Made by a program: the position numbers and the translations under genes. The notes below the pieces were generated by a model. The model did no database searches. It saw only the letters and a list, made by a program, of their open reading frames with translations, and was not told the DNA's origin. From Mizuhopecten yessoensis (Eukaryota), in the NCBI RefSeq assembly GCF_002113885.1, contig NW_018404662.1:1040114-1104113 (forward strand): a stretch of 64,000 bases of DNA, written 5' to 3'. Below are positions 12,901 to 24,499 of the stretch, in pieces; position 1 is the stretch's first letter, and every line of letters begins with the position of its first letter.

Positions 12901-15900
12901 AAACACAATGATAAACGATACTTTATATATCCACATTGAACCGATCCTGTAAACCAACATGATACGATACTTAGTATACACACATTGATATACGATACTT
13001 AGTATACACACATTGATATACGATACTTAGTATACACACAATGCTATACGATACTTAGTATACACACACTGATATACGCTACTTAGTATATCCACATTGA
13101 TATACGATACTTAGGATACACACAATGATATACGATACTTAGTATACACACACGGATATACGATACTTAGTATATCCACATTGATATACAATACTTAGTA
13201 TACACACAATGATATACGATACTTTGTATATGCACATTGATACGATCCTGTAAATCAACATGATACAATACTTAGTATAAACACAATGATATACGATACT
13301 TAGTATATCCACAATGATATACGATACTTTGTATATCCACATTGATACGATCCTGTACATCAACATGATACAATACTTGATAAACACAATGATAAACGAT
13401 ACTTTATATATCCACATTGAACCGATCCTGTAAACCAACATGATACGATACTTAGTATACACACATTGATATACGGTACTTTTTCTTTGCTTTGTTAAAG
13501 GATGGAGTAGGGAGTGTCTGTTTGAGTGGGGAACTTACTTGACTCTTGCCATTGCTGGGATGCTGATGTTGTGTTTGGAGTGGTGGTGCTATGAAATCCT
13601 GGTATTTCTATCTGGTACACAAAACATCAATCTGACTGAATAATCTATGCATAATAATAATATTTAAAAATAAGTTCGCGAAAACTGCAAATGCTTTTAC
13701 TGAAACATGAAAACATTACAGAAGCAGACTGTATCTTTCTTGTGGATACTTTCATTAATTGATTAGAAGAAAAAATACGGCAGAGATAAAGGAACACGAA
13801 GAACAATTACCCCGCATATAAACGCATGTATGTGTATGTATGTATACGTTGTATATTACTATCATTAGGGCACGATTTTCTAAACCTGGTTTTGCTTATT
13901 TTAAGCATAGTATTTTTAGAAACTAGCCATTAATTCAACTGTAAATTTTTAACTATGAAAACAATAAAAATAGTGAACTTTAAAATAATCATAATTGATT
14001 TAAAATACTAATCAGCTTTATGTAGTATGTATTGTATATGGGTTATGGGGAACTGTCATTTGTGAATGCAGTTATTGTCGATAAATCGTTTGCAGTATAA
14101 TCGGGAAACTGAAATTTATTTAAAAAAAAAAAAAAAAAATATCAATCATTTAACTGATTTCCACTGCAGGCTTGCTAGGTGCCACCCAACTTGCGGCTTT
14201 TACCATTGTATACAACGTGGCTACATTGACTTTGATGGTAATGTGTTTATCAGCTTGGTGAGAGGTGTAGTCATGTAATATAATAGCATCACAACCATTT
14301 GTAAACCGTATTGATGGAGAATAATTTGGCCGTTTTACGGTTTTATGTCAAATGGTCTGAAGGGACTAACTTTGTACCTATTTTCTTTTTTATGTTTTAT
14401 TTTGTGAATTGTTTTCTATTGCAATCCCATTTTAAAGTAAACTCAAAATCCAGTCAGACGTGACTCCGCTACTAATTTGTTTCTATAATCAACTTCGTCA
14501 GCACAATGAGCAGAATGTCGTAATAAATGCAAAAGAATTACAAATAGTAACCTAAACTGATTTAATCATTTGATATAAAATCGATTAAACTAGGGCAAAA
14601 TATGAACAAATGGTAACAAATACAGGAAGACACTTATAAAAAAATATTTGACGTGTAAATCAACGTCAAAACCTTTAAATGTCACTTGTTTTCAAAATAA
14701 AACTCGGGGAAGTGACACAAAAGCACAAGGCACAGTAATGAGCATAATACTAAACAAGGAGATATACACATAGCTGGCTAATGGACAGTGCATTGGACAT
14801 TTGTAGACAACCTTTGTGGTTCTAATACTGATTGTTTGAAGGGTTTCTTATCAAATATAATGCCTTTGTCTTTTAATTAGTCCAACATTGTTAGTTTATT
14901 TACATGCTCTTTTCCTCAGCAGATATATTTTGGCGTAATCTAAAGGAATCTTGTAAACAAATCCGTATACAGGTATATCTACTTCATTGCAATAGTATAG
15001 GAACTTTGTCATATTAGTATGCACTTTACAAATCTCTTGACATTGATGAGCTAATTAGGACTTGTATATCAAATATATATTTTATTTTATTTCAAAGATC
15101 CCTTATGCAATTGGAACTTCCGCCTCTGTAATTGTTGGTAGTCATCTCGGGGCCGGTGATGCTGAGAAAGCCAAGGTCACATACCGGGTGGTTTTATTTG
15201 TTGGCGGTAAGGTTGTTATTTTTTCTTAATGAGTTTTATATCATATAGCTGTTATGAAGATAAAATACACTTTATAATGCTTCCTGCTGCTTTTATTTCA
15301 TATGATAATGAAATAATTGAGATTGTATCCTTTATAAGAGGTTTGTACCTGTTCCTTTCTCATGAAATCGTCATAAAATGTGGTTGTAGTCAATTTTCCA
15401 CTTTCTATAAACAAATAATTTAGTTCAAACGAAAACTTTTCAATCATGAAAGTGTAACCTTTTCCATGTATTTACTTTTTTTCTTCTTCTATATTATCTG
15501 CCACGTACAAGTGTAGGCAGCGTACTAATTGCTGCAAGTTCCGAGATCTTTTTCTCTCTTTGCCAACAGTCGTAGAAGCAACAATCGTAGCCCTGGCAAC
15601 GTTTATCTTTAAGGATGCCATTCCTGTTCTCTTTAGTCCTGATCTGTGAGTACCCATCCCAACGAGTCGGAGTTCTTCTAATAATAACAGAGCCAATATT
15701 TTACGCGATATATAGTAAAACATTTTGTTGTTTATGGACTAGAAATAAAGTCGGAGTACTTCTAATCATTACAGAGTCAATATTTCACGCGATCTAAAGC
15801 AAAACATCTTCTTGAATATGGACATGATATAATATGGGGGGTATTTTTGTTTTTCTTTTCAGAACAGGCTTGATCTATGAACATAGTGGATGTACAATTG

Positions 15901-16903
15901 CATAATTTTCATATATGAAGCATATAGATATCCAAAACAGGCAACAAAGAGTCAGTATATTTATAAATATTTTATTGTGATCACAGAAAAATTATGGATA
16001 TTTTCAAAGAATTTCATTACGCTATATATCATTGAAGACGACATACTAGCCTGTGCTGTCCTCTAGTGTATCGTTATTATGTTTATGAATGTATGTTTAC
16101 CGCTACAAATTGTATAGCAACATATGCTTAAATTTCAGAGAGGTTCAAATTCTAACTTCAACATTGCTCATTATTGCAGCAATATATGAAATATTTCAAC
16201 ATACAAAAGTAAGTATATTCCAATGATCATGACAAAATAATTTCTATTGAAATAATATTTAACATAAGTATCCAATAAAGGGGCCGAGCCAAATTCTGTG
16301 GGGAGCATGAAAGCTTCTGACTCGTCATCCCAAGAAAGATAATATGTTACTGTATAGGGTGGTGATCTCACCCGGTTCAGTATTATTACCGAGCGATTAA
16401 TTCAAAACACGAGGCAAATTTTGATGTCCCGCTTTTGTTCATAAATATGGTAATTGGATGAAATCTTAACCATTTACATGTTATGACTCAAGAACTATAT
16501 TAAAGGGGACGGGACTGGACCCCGGATCCAATCATAGTAGCATTCTAGAATACGGTTCGTGTTGCCGTGGTTATCAACCTTTTGTCTTTGTATTTTAACG
16601 CTATTGTATTTTGTTGTCCTTTTTACTTGATAGGAAATCTTGTGTGGCGTACTGAGGGGAGCCGGACATCAGATTTACGGCGCTCTCTCAAGCTTTTTCT
16701 CCTTCTATCTAGTGGCTTTATCAATATCAATTCCACTGCTTCTTCTCACAGAGCTGGAGGACGAAGGTAAAAACGATTACCTGAATCATGTTTGAACTAC
16801 AAACAACAGAGAATAGGTTTAAACATAATTATGTCCTTCGAATGGTCAGAGCCAACTATACAAAGTTATAAAAAGAATTCTCTGAATTCGTGCGATCTAG
16901 CCA

Positions 16904-16934
<31 letters not shown>

Positions 16935-19218
16935 TGAATAATCTGTTTGTGCAGTATCGAATGTGGAGTTTTATGATCAATTAAACAAAAGCGGCATCAC
17001 ATTTCTGCAGGAGCTTGGTGGGGAGCCTGTGTCGGGGTCTTTGTGCATTCCGTCCTGCTGCTCATCAAAGCTCAGAGTCTAGATTGGCAAGAGGAGGTTA
17101 ACAAGGTCAGTGTATTCTGTCATTTTGCTGATAATTGTTATTTACTGCAGAATACGTTGTTGTTTAGTGTATTTTACATTGTTATTTAGTTTAGATTTCA
17201 TCGATATTTAGTGCAGACTCCATTGTGATTATACACATATTTACAGTAGATCGGGCATCAGCACAATATGGTCATGCTTGTCCAAATTATAAGTAATAAT
17301 TGAAGTTTGTTCAGTCGTACATCAAAACGATAGTCACACTGGGCTAAATATTAGTAATCTAAAGTAGGTCAGTCAACAAAATAAGCTCATACTCAGCCGT
17401 GCAGTTAAAGATATGCGCGTTGAGGGACACCAAATAATAAAAAAAAAAAAGATTTGAGAAAGAGTGAAATTGGAACACTATTTACGATTACTTTCGAAAA
17501 TTAATTTTGTTAACTTCAAAGGCTGCATTTAATCGTTCAATCTGATTAAGTTAATTGTTTCGTGTGCCAGAGAACATCTCGCTGTTGTTATTTTAATCGT
17601 CGAGTCTATGTTGGCTTCAAGGAAAGTTTGTGTTTTTTCTTTTATCATGCTTTATAATGGTGGATATTCAACAGGCACAGGGACGAGCAGGACTAGTAAA
17701 AGACGTCATTCTGTATAGTGAGATAAAAGGTAGGAATAGCATGTGTTTCCAAATATATATCAAAATCTATTTATGCAAGGAGTGTTTATTTCTTGTTATT
17801 CATACAAAATGTGTTAGGTATGACTGACATTGTCTTATTATCTCTTCACATAAATAGGTCTGAAATGATAAGTTGCCTTTAGACAAAGTTATGTAGTGAA
17901 GGAAGAACAGTTTTTGTGGACATATTTTTTTCGTTTTCGTCAGTGATACACAATTAATTCCTTCTTAGAATACATTTACTTATTTCAAGATTACGCCATC
18001 CGGAGAAACTTTCCAAGTGTTTTGCCTCTTCAATTACAGAAGGGTTCCCAGTGATAATTTGGGTGGTCGGGTGGCGCAGTGGATAGCGCGCTTGCCTTCA
18101 CCAAGGTGGCCGGGGTTCGATTCCCCGATCGGACGTGAAATGGTATGGGGTCACTTGCCCGACCACATGGGTTTTCTACGGGTACTCCGGTTTCCTCCCT
18201 CATTGAGACCCCTCGCGCGCTAACATCCGGGCCAACAAGAGCGATTCATACAAGTTGAAATAACTTGTTTTTTAATTGTTGTAAAATCTATAAAGTTTAT
18301 ATAAATATAGTTTTTACGATAAAAATGTACGATCACAATTGACTATTGAGCGTTCCTTCATTTGAACTTAAACTTGTTTTTCCGATTGAGAAAATCTTCG
18401 GGTTTTCTACAGCAACCAAATCTTATTCATTCTAGTATCGAAGAAGTTCTAAACTCCCCATAAATCGGTGAAATAGAATAAGTTGCCGGTAAAATAAAAC
18501 GACATGCTCAACTAATTGGGCTACGAACGTTTTAATATCCTTTCGTAACCTTGCTAGAATCACGCATGTTGCTATGTTATATTGAGTGTTTACGATCATA
18601 AACAAAATATCGCAAGCATAAGCGAATTGTGAATATTATCATAAAAAACCCACTTGAATACTTGATTATTTTTTTGCAAAAGTTTGAAATATTGGCTTTT
18701 ATATTTCTTCAAACAAAGGTGGGAACGTTCCAACAAGAAGCAACCTGCCAGACGATCAAAAGATCATCGCCAATGGCTATAAACTTCGGGAGTTGAATGG
18801 GTCGGTACCTCCAGGAGCGATGAACGGGTCAGTATCTACTGGAAAAGAAAATGGAATACATACATATGAACTGGTCGATATGAACGAGATTAATGAAATG
18901 CATGGTGATAACATACATTTGACGAGCACAGACTTCAACAGCATTAGCGCCACCACCGACAAGGATGAGATCAGTATTGACACGAAGATGTTGATTTTGT
19001 CTCGCATAGCGACGGTCTTCTTACTTGTTGTGGTGTTAATTGGAAGTGTGTTCCTGAAGCTCCTTCTGGATCAGCGTGTGGACGATACCTTCAAGTACAA
19101 CTTCGATGTTGCTGCGGCACTGAATGAGTCGGGAATACTAGACTTGGCTCAAAATAATTCTGCGAAATTTATAACCAGCTTGGAAAAAAATATTGGCGTC
19201 ACCAACATAACATTTTAA
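788..19218 (+). CDS. SLC47A1: Multidrug and toxin extrusion (MATE/SLC47) transporter gene, 18 coding exons, 1953 nt, 650 aa
   Basis: Joined exons: 788-916, 4305-4406, 5548-5616, 5872-5920, 8704-8803, 10607-10649, 11282-11326, 11586-11683, 11937-12034, 13501-13614, 14170-14237, 15098-15206, 15570-15645, 16139-16208, 16634-16766, 17011-17105, 17675-17729, 18719-19218. They give one open frame with MATE hallmarks: ELLRLSWP, GLSSAFDTLFPQTYGSGN, GIILQRG, RYLQCQGIV, LEWWCYE, VGSHLGAG, GVLRGAG, LDWQEE and a 13th TM. One-to-one orthology to A1 versus A2 is not established. Confidence 0.93.
917..2990 (+). repeat. 43-bp minisatellite starting at the intron-1 donor (interrupted by the assembly gap)
   Basis: Unit GTATGATACCCTTTCTCTGTCACGTTCCCTACTAAGGGTGAAG, dozens of copies. 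Confidence 0.97.
2489..2745. other. Assembly gap (257 N)
   Basis: Run of N inside the minisatellite. Confidence 1.
3167..3794 (-). mobile_element. tRNA-derived SINE, Meta-domain/RUDI-like, with 5' extension
   Basis: Minus strand: degenerate tRNA head (about 3500-3555), ATACCAAAGTCTTTAAAAATGGTAGTTG core, tail GGACGTTAAACAAAATTAAACCAAACC; second copy at 7506-7855. Confidence 0.8.
4305..4406 (+). CDS. SLC47A1: MATE exon 2 (VLTYLS...ALDGASLSTT)
   Basis: ACAG acceptor, GTAAGC donor, 102 nt. Confidence 0.92.
5548..5616 (+). CDS. SLC47A1: MATE exon 3 (ITNVLGTSVMVGLSSAFDTLFPQ)
   Basis: TTTCAG acceptor, GTAACG donor, conserved MATE motif. Confidence 0.95.
5872..5920 (+). CDS. SLC47A1: MATE exon 4 (TYGSGNQFGVGIILQR)
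   Basis: TTTCAG acceptor, GTAAGG donor, conserved motif. Confidence 0.95.
6088..6549 (+). repeat. 30-bp minisatellite, about 15 copies
   Basis: Unit GGTTTGCCCTTTGTTCCCCTTAGTACCTCT; explains ORFs at 5980-6592. Confidence 0.97.
7506..7855 (-). mobile_element. Second copy of the Meta-type SINE, 5'-truncated
   Basis: Colinear similarity to 3170-3520. Confidence 0.85.
8704..8803 (+). CDS. SLC47A1: MATE exon 5 (GLIILFLACFPC...LLLGQEAEVSR)
   Basis: TAG acceptor, GTGAGT donor, LGQ motif, phase fits. Confidence 0.93.
8791..9700 (+). repeat. 51-57-bp minisatellite made of the exon-5 3' end plus donor, about 17 copies
   Basis: Unit CAGAGGTGTCCAG|GTGAGTCCTCTCCACATACATGTACATAGTTTAAACACT. Confidence 0.97.
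10607..10649 (+). CDS. SLC47A1: MATE exon 6 (LAGLHATAYSFGLP)
   Basis: TATAG acceptor, GTAAGA donor, 43 nt, phase fits. Confidence 0.88.
11282..11326 (+). CDS. SLC47A1: MATE exon 7 (GHALTCILLRYLQCQ)
   Basis: TTTCAG acceptor, GTACGT donor, RYLQxQ motif. Confidence 0.92.
11586..11683 (+). CDS. SLC47A1: MATE exon 8 (GIVIPNVF...FYLDMGT)
   Basis: TGTAG acceptor, GTCAGT donor, 98 nt. Confidence 0.9.
11937..12034 (+). CDS. SLC47A1: MATE exon 9 (GAGLALGIS...YKDTWS)
   Basis: TTTAG acceptor, GTAATG donor, 98 nt. Confidence 0.93.
12370..12460 (+). mobile_element. 3' fragment of the V-SINE
   Basis: GCGCTAACATCCGGGCTAACAAGAG...AATAAAGTT matches 18217-18299. Confidence 0.8.
12468..13480 (+). repeat. About 28-bp minisatellite with higher-order variants, abutting the exon-10 acceptor
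   Basis: Unit TATACACACAATGATATACGATACTTAG. Confidence 0.95.
13501..13614 (+). CDS. SLC47A1: MATE exon 10 (GWSRECLFEW...LEWWCYEILVFLS)
   Basis: Polypyrimidine tract plus AAG acceptor, GTACAC donor, EWW motif. Confidence 0.95.
14170..14237 (+). CDS. SLC47A1: MATE exon 11 (GLLGATQLAAF...TLTLM)
   Basis: TGCAG acceptor, GTAATG donor, 68 nt. Confidence 0.92.
15098..15206 (+). CDS. SLC47A1: MATE exon 12 (IPYAIGTSASVIVGSHLGAG...)
   Basis: AAAG acceptor, GTAAGG donor, VGxxLGAG motif. Confidence 0.95.
15570..15645 (+). CDS. SLC47A1: MATE exon 13 (VVEATIVALA...LFSPD)
   Basis: AACAG acceptor, GTGAGT donor, 76 nt. Confidence 0.92.
15665..15822 (+). repeat. Two-copy 85-bp tandem duplication just after the exon-13 donor
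   Basis: AGTCGGAGT.CTTCTAAT.AT.ACAGAG...TATGGAC occurs twice. Confidence 0.85.
16139..16208 (+). CDS. SLC47A1: MATE exon 14 (EVQILTSTLL...YEIFQHTK)
   Basis: TTTCAG acceptor, GTAAGT donor, 70 nt. Confidence 0.92.
16634..16766 (+). CDS. SLC47A1: MATE exon 15 (EILCGVLRGAGHQ...ELEDE)
   Basis: GATAG acceptor, GTAAAA donor, GVLRGxG motif. Confidence 0.95.
17011..17105 (+). CDS. SLC47A1: MATE exon 16 (GAWWGAC...LDWQEEVNK)
   Basis: TGCAG acceptor, GTCAGT donor, DW motif. Confidence 0.94.
17675..17729 (+). CDS. SLC47A1: MATE exon 17 (AQGRAGLVKDVILYSEIK)
   Basis: AACAG acceptor, GTAGGA donor, AQxRAG motif. Confidence 0.88.
18061..18299 (+). mobile_element. Full-length tRNA-derived V-domain SINE
   Basis: A box TGGCGCAGTGG, B box GGTTCGATTCC, V-domain GGGTTTTCT.CGGGTACTCCGGTTTCCTCCC, AT-rich tail. 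Confidence 0.9.
18719..19218 (+). CDS. SLC47A1: MATE terminal exon 18: long loop, 13th TM, C-terminal tail
   Basis: AAAG acceptor, in frame with ORF 18793-19218, hydrophobic RIATVFLLVVVLIGSVFL, TAA stop. Confidence 0.88.
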
Positions 19219-19935
19219 TGAAGGATGTGTTTTTGTTTATACTGTTCTGTCGTAATAGTAAAACTCATTGAATGAAAATATTTTGTCGGAAACTTAGAGA
19301 GCCTGTTGATAGAATCTGGCAATGCATGACGCGACACTCAATGAATTGTTGTTTTCGGAAAGCACATAAAACACAAAATGTCCAAATGCTTTTTCGATAT
19401 TCATTTTTTTTGTTGGGGGTGGGGGTGGTGGTAACACAAATTCTAAGAGACACGTGTTTTATTACTAGGTAACAGAATGATTTAGAGATAAAGATTTTTG
19501 TGAATAGTTTGCAACAAACTAGATATACACTAACTATAATCGCGATACACATGCTGGACGGGGATTAATTAGTGCGGATGCTGGCAGTGTCGAGTATAAT
19601 ATGCATATGCACCTTTAATTGTGTATATATTCGTACGAGGCGTTTCATTGGTGTCAAAACGCTAATAATAACATGAAATCCAGGTAAAGAAGTGATCCAT
19701 AATTATTTTTTCCCGAAAAAGCAACAAAAAATGTGTCATACATTCAACTTCGATTATCTTCAACAACAGAGACTTCTGTCAAAAGGATACTATATATTGT
19801 ATGGATTTAACTGAAACATTTACTGCATTTGAATTATCAGAATATCATTATAAAAGTAAACGATCTGAGATATACGGAGCGCCATGAATACTAGTCATAC
19901 ATTGTATTAGTAGAATATATATAGTATATTGTGAT

Positions 19936-20126
19936 ACAGTAGAACCCTGATAGAATACCCCTCGTTTTAATTACACATTGGTTTGACGGTAAACACCCTA
20001 CCATGCAATTCCAATGTCCTTTTTTACTAAATATTTTATATTTACCGTCGATGAGTCACCCAACCCTTTACAAACCCAAATACCCACTAGAAAAATAGTG
20101 GCACTATTAACACGAGGTTGACTATA
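19936..20126. mobile_element. Tc1/mariner-pogo type MITE
   Basis: TA-CAGTAGAACCC ... CGAGGTTGACTA-TA degenerate terminal inverted repeats. Confidence 0.55.
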
Positions 20127-20199
20127 TGTGTTAACTGCTAGAAGTATTACACTAAACTACAAGTAGAACTACGTTACACGAACAAGTGTAGCAGAACGT

Positions 20200-22236
20200 T
20201 TTCTCGTAAACTTGGTGTCATTGGAAAGGGAACTTTTGATGCTTTGACTTGCGATTTAGTGCACAGAATTTCAGCGTCAAAATACAAAAGTCGCCTTCTG
20301 CCTCCAGAAGAGGCTGTGAATGCAAAATCTGCACAGCCCTCTTTTTAAATACCCCCAAAACATTTTGACCGATTTCTGAACACTCGACCTCATAGCAAGT
20401 CATACCAATTCCTTTTCCGATGATGCCTAATTTTACGAGCTTACTCTGCAAATAAAGCTTTCAGCAGCTGTTGATGTTTGTTCTTTATTAATTACTAAAA
20501 CATAAACCTAGTACGACACCAAACATGTCAATCGGCGATGTCATATATGTAGATTTGTCTCACTCAGCAGTCGGAGTTGAATGCCAATTCCAATGATATA
20601 TTAAAACAAAAATGGGTTCCTCATCTGGAAGAAGGCTTAAACGCAAAAGGTACACGATCATCTTCTATACTAGAAAACGCTTCACCCCTGATAAAGTCAA
20701 AAATATTCTTGTAGAACGAAAAAGATGTCATGATTATGTATAATCCCAAGGGTGAAATTGACAGACCACAACGCCGTTATACAGGTAACTGAATGGTTTT
20801 TATCTTCTTGCATCTGACCGAGAATAATACTAAAGGCTGAAACAGTTACAAAGAATATGAACAAGGACGTCTCAACTGGCTTCAGCACTGTATACACCTT
20901 GCGAAGTTGTGTATTTTCTTCCAAAATATGTAGTTGGGTAAAAAAAGACCGGTGACAAACGTAGGTGATTCAGACAAATTGATACATGCAGCATAGAATC
21001 GCAATGGTATGATGAGTCAGTCAGTGATCGAAGGCGGTGACGCCAAACTGATACCAGCGAGACTTTATTTCTCAGTGTACCTGGTGAGTAAGGGCATGTA
21101 CAGTTGGACGGTGATATTGATGCACTATACGAACGTCTGCGCTTTGAAGTTTTGTTTAAGATAGTGTACCTGCTGTTTCAAAATGTAAAACAAAAATCAA
21201 ACAAACAAAACATAACAAAACAAAGTTATCTGCGAATGATAATTCGTTCAACAATAAGATCGAAGACTTTGGCAAATCTTTGATATACTGCAGGTCATTT
21301 GATCAATTACAGCCAAGAACAGCGTGTTGACATAGCTCTAAAAAGCAAAACACGGAACAAATCTGTTGGCAAAAGCAATATGATTGCCAACTGTCCTATA
21401 AAACCTTGTTGGAGGTGGGTTTCTCTAAATTGTTGCAGAAAACAACACCACAGAGGCGATTCGAAATGGAAAAGGAACGCCTCAGGTTCCCTTTCAAATG
21501 TGGCCATCATAGAATAGTGCGCAGAACAATTTTCGATTCGGAAAGAAGTGTATCTCAAAATACTACAGAAACAATACAGGACTTTAAATCATGTGTCTGC
21601 CAGTAATACGTGTCCACTTCATAACATTGGTGACGAAGTAGAGTTTTACACAACTCAAAATCTGTTTTGAACAGTATTACTGATACGAAGGACACAAGCT
21701 TGCTTCTTACAAAATATCAGTTCCTTTGATGACTCAGTAGCTGCTTGGATAATGAGACATCTGCCATGTAAGCTGAGCCATAGAAGGTTATGAATCTGCC
21801 GACAAAGATGTGCGCAAAGCAAAGATTATGAAAGACCGAGATGATGTCCGAAACATGCATGGTGATATCAACTTTGACGTTTCTTTTCAGTTTTCACAAT
21901 TAACAAGCAAGACCTGTCAGGTCTAACTACTCAGGACATTGTCATAGACTCAAACACGTCTGATTTGCTCACAGCTCATACGAATCTCAAAAACAATACC
22001 AGATAGTTTGTGAAAGAAAGATTATGTACAAAGGAAGGTTCCATACAGTGTCCAAGTCTGTAAAACGTGTACGTTGTCAGTGATGAACCGGTGGAACTCG
22101 CTGGGTAACGTAACACTGATAATGTGGCTACTAAGGATAAACTATTCACCATGTTCCCCATCACAACTACCAGAGAACTTTGCAAGAAGCTCTTGAAACC
22201 GAGGTCAAGTTTAAATGTCACTAAGAATATGAACAT
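20200..22236 (-). pseudogene. Possible decayed large DNA-transposon transposase relic
   Basis: Coding-like composition; minus-strand peptides TGSSLTTYTFYRLGHC, FIGQLAIILLLPTD, AVIDQM and LGIIG occur in the order expected for Academ-like transposases; many stops. Confidence 0.3.
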
Positions 22237-22244
22237 AACAGCAG

Positions 22245-22410
22245 AGTTATGGATACATTGAACAGTCTACCGGAATACGTGATGTCCGCAACCAGTGTTA
22301 ATTCGTTCAAGTCACGCTTTGATGACCACTGACGCCGTGAACCCTCAAAGTTCTTACCGACATGGTATAGTGTCGCCGGTACGACTTTCGAAGCCTATAG
22401 GGCTTAAATC
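22245..22410 (+). mobile_element. CR1-type LINE 3' end fragment
   Basis: Encodes NSLPEYVMSATSVNSFKSRFDDH, typical of the ORF2 C-terminus. Confidence 0.7.
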
Positions 22411-24499
22411 GGTGTTAAATCTACTTTGAAATAATTGACAACCTACCACAGCGAGGTTTTAAATTTGGCAAATGCTGCAATCTTCCAATCACCCCTTTCC
22501 AATACAATTAGCGACTTGTTTTATGTTTTTAGAGTGTATAGTGCTAAAGAGTGTTTTAATGACAGATCCAAATAAAAGTAAGCATAGCAACAATAACATT
22601 ACAGAAACCTATCCGAGATACGTGGTGTGATTTTGTTTCATTGACACACGTTCTTAATTAGAAAAATCATCTCAAACGAGCTCTTGAAATCATTTAGTAT
22701 GTGGAACTAAGGTCTGTTCTATCGTTGGTTCTATACTATTTCAGAATGAACAGTTATGATTTTAACTTTAATATTGTCCGTCCTTTTTATGCAACTAAAA
22801 GTTCTAGAATGTATTGTGTAACGTTACTAACAAAATAAATATTGTCGTCAAATGAAAAAGATATCGACACTGGCATTATTTGTTAGCATCACTATACTAT
22901 TACACTGTACTGTCAATTATACTAAATATAGCAACGTATTATCCATATAGCTGATATTTTTCAGATTTTAAAAATACGGAAGTTAATATATGAATCAACA
23001 GATAAAACTTTCCAGATAAAAAAAGGTTAACCCGACTTTTTGTTACCTCTTCCTCTTCATTTGTTGTATGTGTAGTCCACCATGCGTTTGTTTTCTATAG
23101 AATCAAAATAAGTTTAAATGGGACGAGTTAGTTATTTTGTTTGGGACCTAGAAAGTTTACAGATATAATCTAGGGCGAGGGTTTGTAACACGATGACCCT
23201 GTCTACGTATTAATAACGTATTATCAGCGTCACGCAATTCATAATGGTGTGTAAAGCTTGAATAAATATCATAAGACGATTTGGTGCATTTTTTTTTATA
23301 TACATCAGCGTGTTTGTAACATGGTCACGTGAAAATATCTTGTAAATTTGTGTGTTTGAGAATTAATAATAATGTATTAATATATATCTTCAGAAAAGAT
23401 GAAACATTTGTCATATTGCAAGCCCCTAAGCGTACAGTATGTAATTATTTAGATGTTGTTTACGCTGTCAGCGGTCTTTGACCATTGCCTGAACCCATTT
23501 TGTAACAAACAAGTATATGGCAATACCACACCATAGGACCCTGTATTCTTCAACGTGAATCATATAACTCTATATTCGTCATAGCAGTATATTCCGTTGA
23601 AAAAATATGTTACTGTTTTCGTTGATTCAGAATATTCAACAATATTTTATCGATACATTGAAGGAGAAATTTTGCTCTCGATCTGTTTGTATTTTCAATT
23701 TGGAGGTATTATAGACTGGTATGAAGAGGACAAATATGAAAAAAAAAACTTATCTATTGCAACACTTCTTAATTTTCAATAAAAAATATTCCTTTTAAGC
23801 ACTTGATCATGCATTGATTTAGTACGATGTTTATTTTGTACCATGCCAATCTCCTTCAATTTTAGTATAAGAAGAGGTAATAAAATATGCGAGACGCTTG
23901 CCCAATAGTGCAGGACGAGCCAAGTTATAGAGGGGAATGCTGCTATATAATCTAACTGATGACTTATTAAGTTTTAATTGTTTTATAATATCAATTAAAA
24001 ATTGATACACAATAACAAAAAGATAATTTGAAAATCAACAATTTAACATAGAAAATTAGCAGCGACCCCGCTCCATGCCAAGTTACCTGTCTGAAATTTT
24101 GCATTGGACACAGAACTACCTACAAGTATCACCAAACAGAAACAAGCTATATGCTATTGTCAACATCAATTACGGGCTCGACGAGGTTTATTTTTTATCT
24201 CATGNCCCCCCCCCATCTCGTCGATAAATTGCTTGTTGTGGTCGGGTGCTATGGTCGGGTGCTAAAGTATGTCGATGAACCGGAAAGGGAGCAGTCCAAC
24301 CTTCCCTTATAACGAACCCATGGCGACAGTTGGGATATTATCTTTCCTATCCTTTCTTTATCTGTATTTCTATTTTTGATCTTTATACTTTGTATGGAAG
24401 TTTGTAACGCCTTTCTTGATCGTTAAATATTATAACGCCTCATTTTGCAACACAACCCTTTCCCCTAACTTTCGTCCATGTGATGATGACAATTGTTCA

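Noticed and set aside
18061-18135. tRNA gene
   Set aside because: It continues into a V-domain and tail, so it is a SINE head; no clean cloverleaf.
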